A stretch of 64,000 nt of DNA from Camelus dromedarius (Eukaryota). The notes beneath the pieces are model-generated. The model was not told the origin of the DNA and did not search any database. It saw only the letters and a list, made by a program, of their open reading frames with translations. The translations under genes were made by a program, and so were the position numbers. The DNA is taken from the NCBI RefSeq assembly GCF_036321535.1, contig NC_087438.1, positions 9,054,001 through 9,118,000 on the forward strand, written 5' to 3'. Below are positions 54,691 through 64,000 of the stretch, in pieces (the first letter of the stretch is position 1; each line of letters begins with the position of its first letter).

Positions 54691-56474
54691 AGAGGTTTAA
54701 AGGAGAAAATGTCAATAATGTAATGATAGATTAATGGAAATTATCTGATCTGAAAAAAAAAAAGACAAAATGTTGGGAAGAGAAAACATGAGAACAATGC
54801 CTCAAGGAACTTTTGGACAATATCCAAAGATCCGAAAAGAATGTAATGAGAATTTCATAAGCAGAGAAAAGAAAGAAAGAATGTGGCAGAAAGCGATATA
54901 TTTAAATAAATAGTGGCAGATTATTTCAAAAATATGATCTAAGATAAGAATGTACAGATTTATGAAGATAAGAAAACCCCAGGAAGAATAAAATCAAATT
55001 AAGCCAACATAGGTATAATGATTAAAATAAAAGATAAAGACAAAATCTTGAAAATAGCCAGGTGAAAACAGCATATTACACGCAGAGGAAAAATTGGAAC
55101 AATTGCTGACTTGAATACAGTAAATATCCATTAGTGCTTATGAATCTTAATAAATGCAATAATACACTAAGAAGACAAAGCATTTCCTTAAAGTAGAATT
55201 CCAGCTGATGTTATATAGAAGGTGGTAGAAATAGTTCATATTTAGAAATCATTATACTGATAGAGGGTACCATTGAGAGTTATCAATGAAAACTAAACTT
55301 AGTGGGTGTAGACATGACAAACATGTATAGTAGAGGACTATCTATATATCTGTGTTGATTTATTTATTGCCAAGTTTGCATGATAGTAATGGCCATTATT
55401 TCGGGGGAAGGTATATGCTGGGGCATTTTAGAGTGATACTGCATAAACACCCATTATAGATAAATGATGGGAAAATGAGAGAGAGAGAGAGAGAGAGGTG
55501 ATGGAATGATTATGCAATACAGTAACAATTTGGAGACGTTATGAATTTTGTGTACTGAACTTTCAACTTCTTGTAGGTTGCAAACTATATTTTTAAAAGA
55601 AAATTAGTTTTCCAGCATCAAAAATAAAAAAGGACCTCATTGTAGATGTTCAAAATATCAGTAGCTTTCTACAAAACAACTTGCATGAGGAAGTATATGT
55701 ACACATTGAAAAAATGTAACCCATAAGTCTGGCAGAGGAAATAGAAATAAAACAAATCTCATAAGTTTTGAAGAAATTTATTCTGTCATTAAAAATCTTT
55801 CCACAAAGACAATCTCAAGGCCAAGAAATTTGAGAATTTCTTTTAAATATTTCAGGAAGAATTGATACTAATCTTATAGAAATTATTTCAAATAATATAA
55901 GATATGGAAGACTTTCTTAATCTTCTTATGAGACCAGCATAATCTTCCTACCAATAATTGATGAAGACTTCACAAGAAAGAGATTACAGGCAATCACTAT
56001 CACAAACTTAAATTTAAAAGTATTTATATATTAGCAAATCAATCCAATGATGTTAAAAAGTTAATACATGATGGTTAAATAGTATTTTTTCAACAAATCA
56101 AGAGAATTCAATATTGAAAATCTAATTAATATAATTAATCATATTAGTGAAAGAGGAGAAATTATAGTAAAGACTTTTGATAAAATTTAATATTCTCAGT
56201 TGCTTTTTAATTTAAAGGAATTACCTTAATCTGATAGACAATATAAAAATATCAAGCTCAATGGCAAAAAAATAAATGCTGTTTCATTAAATTTGGTTAC
56301 AGTGATCTCTGCTTTAACAAGAGTAATATGAAGAAAGGAAAACTAATATAGTGACATTAAATTATGTTCATTAACATTATGAGAGTGAAAGAAGCAATGC
56401 AAAGAGGAGACATAATCACTCTTTGTTCATACATGTGAAGGAAGACTCCTAGCATCTATATATAAGAACACATG

Positions 56475-57417
56475 CATCTCATTGTGAGTTTGATTTGCAT
56501 TTCTCTGATAATTAGTGATATTGAGCATTTTTTTCAAATGCCTATTGGCCATTTGTATATCTTCATTAGAGAACTGCTTGTTAACTATCACCTCACATCA
56601 GTCAGAATGGTCATCATTAAAAAGTCCATGAATGATAAATGCTGGAGAGGGTGTGGAAAAAGGGAACCCTCCTACACTGTTGGTGGGAATGTAGTTTGGT
56701 GCCACCATTATGGAAAGTAGTTTGGAGATTCCTCAAAAGACTAAAAATAGACTTACCATATGATCCAGCAACCCCACTTCTGGGCATATATCCAGAAGTT
56801 ACCTTAGTTCAAAAAGATACATGCACCCCAATGTTCATAGCAGCACTATTTACAATAGTCAAGACATGGAAACAACCTAAATATCCATCAACAGATAACT
56901 AGATAAAGAAGCTGTGATATATTTATACAATGGAATACTACTCAGCCATAAAAAAATAATAAAATAATGCCATTTGCAGCAGCATGGATGGAACTGGAGA
57001 TTGTCAGTCTAAGTGAAGTAAGCCAGAAAGAGAAAGAAAATACCATATAATATCACTTATCTGTAGAACCTAAAAAAAAAAAAGACAAACAAACTTATTT
57101 ACAAAACAAAAACAGACTCACAGACAGAGAAAACAAACTTATGGTTACCGGGGGGGAAAGGGGTGGCAAGGGAAAAATTGGGATTTCAAGATTTGCAATG
57201 CTAACTACTATATATATAAGAAACAACACGTTCATACTGCATAGCACAGGGAACTGTATTCAATATCTTGTAGTAACTTGTGGTGAAAAAGAATATGGAA
57301 ATGAATATATGTATATACATGTATGACTGAAGCTCTATGCTGTACACCAGAAATTGACACAACATTGTAAACTGATTATACTTCAGTAAAAATATATATA
57401 TACAAAAAAATGAATAG
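56475..57417 (+). mobile_element. 5'-truncated LINE-1 with a ~110-bp 5' inversion
   Basis: 56475-56583 antisense, 56586 onward sense ([10 protein letters not shown]...TWKQPKYPS). TSD core atgcatctca at 56472-56481 and 57418-57427. Confidence 0.92.
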
Positions 57418-58424
57418 ATGCATCTCAATAAAAAAAGAGATAATCCAATAGATAAATGTTCAAAATGCATGAACAAAAACTTTACCAAAAAAGTTCTCTA
57501 AATAATCTAGGACATGTTGCATAAGGTCATTGATAGGAGGGTAAATACAATTTAAAACAAAATTATGATATCATGTGGCTAAAATAGAAAACATTGAGTA
57601 TTTGCAAGGAAATAAAGTAAGAGAAACATGCAGATTGGCACAACTGATTCTGGCAGTGTCTCAAAGCTGTGTGTCTGTATGCGTGTGTATGTGCGTGAAT
57701 GTATCATAAAATTTGAAACAGGTACCCTATGGATTGATTAATTGTTTCCAGTTTTTTATTGTTATATACAATGCTTTAATTAGTTGTCTTTAAAAAATAC
57801 TATACCTGTCCTTAAATGAAAAGGTCATATATATATTATTTATATATAATTTATTATATGTTAGTTATAAACATATATAGAAATGTATTTAAAATTTAGT
57901 CCCCCACAGGATGAATAAGGATTTGCTTAGATCACCAGGTTTCAAAAGGCTTTGTTTGTGTGTATGAGCACAGAAAGAACATTATACCAGGATATTATGG
58001 GGAATTGCAGTTTTCCTAAATAGTGGAGACACTGCTGGGTCAAGTAATGAACAAAGTAGGAGATACCATACAGCTCAGGTAAGCTGAGTAATGGAGTGAA
58101 ATAAACCCACTTAACGTGGCTTTTTATCACTTTTCCCCCAGTTTCCTTTGTGAGTTTCTACTTAATCTTGACCTCATTTTCCTCATCTCTAAAATTAGAG
58201 GATGCACTCACAGACTTTGGGATGCCTCAATCATTGTTGGTCCCAAATCTCTTTCTACTGTCTACCTATCTTCCCAAAATGTAGACAACAATGCAAATCT
58301 GCTTTGATTGCCTCCAGTATGGGCCATCCAGAAAGCCTGAAGGGTTTGCTCCTGTCCCATCCCTATGTCTGCAGACCCTACCTTTCTTAGATGAGCTCTA
58401 GTAAACTGTGGATTCCCAAGGTCA

Positions 58425-58522
58425 CAAATTAAATCATTAGATTGTACACCTTAATGATCACACTGTACAACCTAAATATATACGATTTTTATTTGTTGGT
58501 CATACCTTAATAAAGCTGGAGA
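58425..58522 (+). mobile_element. L1 3' terminal fragment
   Basis: 'attgtacaccttaa...gatttttatttgttggtcataccttaataaagctgga'. Confidence 0.7.
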
Positions 58523-59584
58523 AAATTTTTAACAAGAAGAAAAGGTCATAGTTTGAAAAGCACCGTTGACCTAGCTATATCATGAACGTTTCAGTACTGA
58601 GGGACTAGGCTGTTCTCCCCTTAGCAAAATAATTTTCAAGATAATCCCTGAAAGTTTGTCCTTGAACTTCTTGTGTACGTCTGTGACCACCACGACTAAA
58701 GAGTGAATATGGAAATGCTGATCTTGCTTCATGGACACCGTTTAGTTTGCTACATCTGACTTTCAATGGTTTGTTAGCTCAGGAAAGCCTTGGGTTCAAT
58801 TGCAAGTAACTAAGTTGACTATTAAATGTTCAAACAATGCTAAGTTTGCACTAAAATGTTACGGTTTCAGCCGCAATTTCATGCAGTAATCAGTTCTGCA
58901 TGTTTAACTGCATGTCTTATGTGAATCATTTAGATGAAACTTCCTGCAAATGTAGCCTTGATTTTGGGTTAGGGGAAAACCTGAAATGTGTGTAAGGCTT
59001 CATGATAATGCACCACAGAGGAAAATCAGGTAGAGACAGTTGTGTGACAGGAAAACAAATTAAAATATACTGTACCGTAAACACTTGCTATTTCATTTTG
59101 GTACGCCTATAAAGGTATTTGAAATGATCTTACTTCACTGGGACACTACAGGAAAAAAAGAGCAAAAGGGCAACTTGAACTATCTTCTTCCTGGTTATGC
59201 TTTTTAGTGATAACTTGGATAGTTATTACAACCTTATATTCACAGGATTTCCTGATTTATAGTTAGTGCATTTATTATGGTTTCTTATTTCATTGAAGCA
59301 AATTAGATTCATAAGGTCAAATAATATGGGTTGTCTTTGTGAATCTAAGAATAGAAAAATTAAAAATACATCAAAACTAAATTTCCTCTGCAGACCAAAT
59401 TGTGTTTGTAAGCCTTAACCCAAATTGCATGGGATTATAAAATGCTTAAATAATATTACTTTGGAAACACTAGGTTGAATACTTTACTGAAATTAATTTC
59501 ACACCTTATGCATATTATGTCTATACACATGTATATATGTGCATGTATATTATATTCATGAGTATATCATATTGTATGTATACA

Positions 59585-59587
<3 letters not shown>

Positions 59588-59625
<38 letters not shown>

Positions 59626-59637
59626 TATATATATATA
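59588..59637. repeat. (TA)n microsatellite
   Basis: Directly visible, one interruption. Confidence 0.95.
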
Positions 59638-61479
59638 GTCAGTTAGAAAAGTCCATGTTCAGAGCTCAATTTATTTTAGCTAGTATTATTTGGTCACACA
59701 TTTAAAAATATTATAGCTTTAAAATAAAATTTGAAATCTGGCAGATTAAAACTCTAAATTTATTTTCTTTCTTCCCTTTTAATCGTACCATATGCCTTTC
59801 TTGTTGCTGGAACTTTTTCCCATGCATCTTAGAATTAGTTTATCTTGTCTCATGTAAAAAAGCCTTTGGTTATTTTAAGTGTGATTACATTTCTTTAATC
59901 AGTATTGACTCTTGATACTCTGTATGGTGCAGTTCTCATCTTAATTGTCCCCTAAAAATGGTTATTTTTCTATAAATAACTTAGCTATCTTCAGTAAAAA
60001 ATATTACGTAATACTTCAGTACAGATATTTTATTGCATTTGCTCTTTCTATTAATATAGGAAATATGAATCCTGGTGACTTGTAGACATATATCCTAAAC
60101 TTACAGGATGATAACTCCAATCAGGTATTTTTTTTCCCCACAGAAGTGATCTTGCTGCTCACTGACCTGCCCCACAGAGATTGCTTCCAAACTAAAACAT
60201 CAAAGTGTTAACGTGTTTAGGTCTTTATTATTTAAGAACAGGAGGAAATAAGTCTCGTGTGTGGGCCAGGCTCCCTCTCCAATAGCCCGCTTTGTTGACT
60301 GACTCACAGTTAACACACTAGTTACAGCCCCGGTATCTAGAAAATCATGATGCCTTCCTCACATATTTTGAAAGTAAGAGCAGAATAAGACAGAAACGTG
60401 TAGAAAAGTCCAGCAAGTTTCCGTGTTGCTCCATGATGATCACTTTGTATATTTTTAAGTATCAAATGCCAAATTATTTCTCAAATGAAGACGTGTTTCC
60501 ATGCTTTGGCTTTATGGATACCCTGAAGACACTGTGAAGTTCCTATCAGTCAATGGATAATGTGACAATGTGTATGGCAATATGTGACAGTCCATCCGAG
60601 GTTAACTTCCTTGATGCAAGAAGATGTTCAGAAAGCACAGGCCTTGAACTAGATTTCTTATGAGATCTGGACTGAGTGCACAGATATTACAATATATTCA
60701 GAAGAATTCAGTGAGAGTCATTTAATATAGTTTTAGTCACTTTGCATAGTTGAATATCGCCTCATGTCTTTGTGATTATATTGCTTGTCAGGTTTGAAAC
60801 AAATGCAGCTGGAGACCTTTCCTAGTAGTTTTTATTGTTGTATTCCTGCAAGTAATTTTTAACATTATATTTATAATCACATATATATTATACATATTTT
60901 ATTACATGATATATTTTCAATGGCACATATAGACGTGAATTGGCCACTGACATTTTGTCAACTTCAAAAGAATTACTATTGAAATCTCTATATAAGAAGA
61001 AACGAATTTCTCCCTCCATGTACTCTTTTAATTACAGGTAAACCAGGTATGACTTGCTCCTGGCAAGATTTACTGTGTCTGGTTGAACAGCCTCTCTATA
61101 AAATTTTATTTATTTTCTTTACAAATGTCATGACTGAAAGTCCCAAAGATGAAGCTTGTCAAATTGGAGTCTGGTTGTCCCCAGGCAAATACACCAAACA
61201 AAAATAATGCATGACAGATTTCTTGAAATCATTGATTTAAAAAAAAAAACAACTATTTTAGCTATAATCCCAGCATAGATATAATGCAGAGAAAAATTCC
61301 GTTGGCATTAAATATTCAACAGCCAAGAAAAATCACACATGAATCACACATAAAACTGCAACTTGTAACCTCCACTCCAGCGTAAGCAAGGACAGCTTTA
61401 CACTCTCCTCACAGAGAAGCAATAAGTATGCTTCCCTGCAAACATTTGATAAACACTTTCCAAAATGTCAAAATACTGT

Positions 61480-64000
61480 AAAGGCGATATTTGTATTTTT
61501 GAAGTATTATTTATAAAGGGTAAAATGCATAAATTTGAAGGGCGTAATTCAATGAATTTTACACTCATGTAATAAATGATCCAAAACAAGCTGTAGAATA
61601 GAAACATATAGTTTATATTTTTTCTCACATAAAGTTTAGAGGTTCGTGCATGCTTTTGCATAATTCATTTTGTGCTACTGTGAGGAAACTGGAGGAATGA
61701 TATTTTATTGTTGCATAATATTCCATTGTATGAAGATACCACGTTTGTTTCCCTTTTTCCTTTTCACAGATGTTTGGTTTGTTTCCAACTTTTAACTGTT
61801 CTGAATCAGTGGGATTTCTGGGTGATGGGGTAGGCTGAAGTGTAGTGCTTAATGAGAAAGAGCCAAATCCATTTGTCCCCCAAACTGTTTTAACAATTTT
61901 ACACTCACACGAGCAACGTGTGAGAATTACATTTGCACCACATTCTCTGCAAATTTGATTTGCTGCTCTATTTCTTAATCACATTTTTGCAATTTGTACA
62001 AAATGAAAGATACTTATTTTAATAATGTTATTAAATTATGACAAACACATGCAACTCTGTACCCACAGACAAAATCAAGAGAATGAATATTTGCATCATC
62101 AAAAAAGGACTCCTGAGTCGCCATATGCTCCAGCATTCCACTTCCGGGTATATGGCCAGAGGAACTGACAACAGGGTCTTGAGATTTTTGTACACCCAGG
62201 TTCATAGCAGCATTATTTACAACAGCTGAAAGGTAGAAGCAACCTAAGTGTTCATTGCCTGTTGAATGGTGTATACATGCAGTGGACCATTATTCAGCCT
62301 CAAGAAGAAATGGAATTCTAACATATGCTACAATGGGGATGAACCTTGTAAGCAATATGCTAAGCCACATAAGCTAGTCACAAAAAGACAAATACTGTAT
62401 GAATCCACCCAGACATACCTAGAACAATCAAATTTATAGACAGAAAATAGAATAGTGTCTTCCCGGCATTAGGGGTTAGGCAAGAATGGGGAGTTGTAGT
62501 TTAATGTGTACATAGTTTTAGTTTTGCATGATGAAAGGTGTTCTAGACGTGAATGGCAGTGAAAGTTGCACAATGCATAAGTGCTTAATGCAACTGAACT
62601 GTACACTTAGAAATGGTTAAGATGCTAAATTTTATGTAACGTGCATTTCACTGAAATTCAGAAATACATAGAAAAAAAGATACCTGTGCTCCATTTGAGG
62701 CATCAAATCTGTGTTTGTTTCCTAGGCTGCTGTAGCAAAGTACCACAGACTGATGGCTTAAGAGAAGATAAATGCATTCTCTTACTGTTCTGGAGGGTAC
62801 AGGTGTACGATCAAGGTATTGTCAGGGCCATGCTCCCTTCCAAATCTCTAGGGAACATGCCTCCTTGACTCTTCCAGGTTCTGGTAGCCCCAAGCATTCT
62901 TTGGTTTGTGGCAAAGTAACGCTAATCCATGTCTTTATCTTTCCAAGGTCATCTTCCCTCTGTGTCTGTGTGTCTCTGTATCTTCACAGTCTCCTTCATA
63001 TGTCTTTGTTTTCTCTTCTTTTAAGGACATCAGTCCTATTGGACTAGGCTTCACCTTAATCTAGTATGACCTCATCTTAATTTGATCTGCAAAAATCCCA
63101 TTTCCAAATAAGGTCATAAGCAAAATTACTGGGAATTAGGACTTCAACACATCTTTGAGTGGAGGGGACACAGTTCAACCCTAACAAACCCACAGCTCCA
63201 ACCCCAGGAAAACCACTTAGCTGATTCTCATTGTGGACTACTTATGATTTTTCTAAACTTTCATATAGTTGAAATAATAGAGTATGCAATGATTCAATCT
63301 GGCTTTGTTCGCTCAGCGTAATAGTTTTAACTAGCATCCATATTTGCATCGTGTTACAGACCCATGAGCAATGTGTGAAAAGATCAGTTGTTCAACATCT
63401 TTGCTAACACTTGATATCATAAGTCACTTCAGTATTAGCCATTCTACTGGGGCTGAGGAATTGATAAACTTTTCAGGATTTAGTTCACATTTACTTAGTA
63501 AGTAATAGCATTGAACACATTTCCATGGGCTCATTGGCTTTTTATCTATCTTCCTTTGTGAAATGTCCAAATCTTATGTCTATGTTTATCTCATGTCACT
63601 ATTCAATTGATCTGACATTATTTGTTGAAAGTGTTATCCTTTCTCCTTGAATTTTCCTTGGAACCTTTGTCAAGATCAGTGGATCATATCTGTGTAGGTC
63701 TATTAATGGAATTTATTTGATTTCTTTGAGATAATACACATATTATGTGTATAATGTTTGATATTGTCTCACAGTTCTTGGATGTAAGCTCAAGAGCCCC
63801 CATCTGTTTTCTCTCTGGTTTTTCGTTGCTCAGCCTCCAGTGCATCTTCGCGTGCGCTGAACAATACGCAACTAAACACTCAACGGACACCTTCTAAAGA
63901 TCTCTAGACATTTCTTTCTGTCCAGTTTTCTCTCTCTGTACAGTATTTTCCTTAGTACCCAGCCCATGGATTCCAGCTGCCCAGCTTCCACAAGTAGGGA
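61480..64000 (-). mobile_element. Old antisense L1 mosaic with a nested sense L1 3' end (~62115-62670)
   Basis: Antisense 'ataatattccattgtatgaagataccac'; sense 'gttcatagcagcattatttacaacagctgaaaggtagaagcaacctaagtg'. Boundaries approximate. Confidence 0.65.
62710..63186 (-). mobile_element. MaLR LTR (MLT1C/D-like)
   Basis: TG...'ctaggctgctgtagcaaagtaccacagactgatggctta'...'gggacacagttcaaccctaaca'. Confidence 0.85.

Larger units (their letters stand above)
53420..57700 (+). mobile_element. Decayed ancient L1M hosting younger insertions
   Basis: A-rich L1 ORF1/ORF2-like phrases, e.g. 'cttatgagaccagcataatctt'. Boundaries approximate. Confidence 0.6.

Noticed and set aside
60120..60260. Splice-acceptor-like 'tttttttccccacag'
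   Set aside because: No recognisable coding frame or supported partner exon; such sites are common by chance.

Overview
AT-rich, repeat-dense eutherian non-coding DNA, most likely camelid (a tRNA-derived Vic-1-like SINE; no ruminant, pig or primate SINEs recognised). I can support no host protein-coding gene, rRNA, true tRNA or CRISPR. The only protein-like ORFs are LINE-1 ORF2 fragments. The window is a mosaic of L1, MaLR/ERVL/ERV1/ERVK LTRs, MER20, L2 and MIR; repeat family names are from memory and not database-checked. The notable signal is inverted structure at several scales: (1) a 1177-bp palindrome of two ERV-K-like LTRs, U3 ends outward, inside one 6-bp direct repeat CCTTAT (1818-2994); (2) an older ERV1-type LTR palindrome of opposite polarity (38764-39582); (3) a 227-bp, 97% identical inverted copy of a locus-specific L1/L1 junction 11.5 kb from its donor; (4) a ~105-bp local inverted copy from an MLT1 element; (5) two 5'-inverted L1s breaking at nearly the same ORF2 position. 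There is also a candidate L1 3' transduction and two motif clusters (TALE; ETS plus CRE/E-box).
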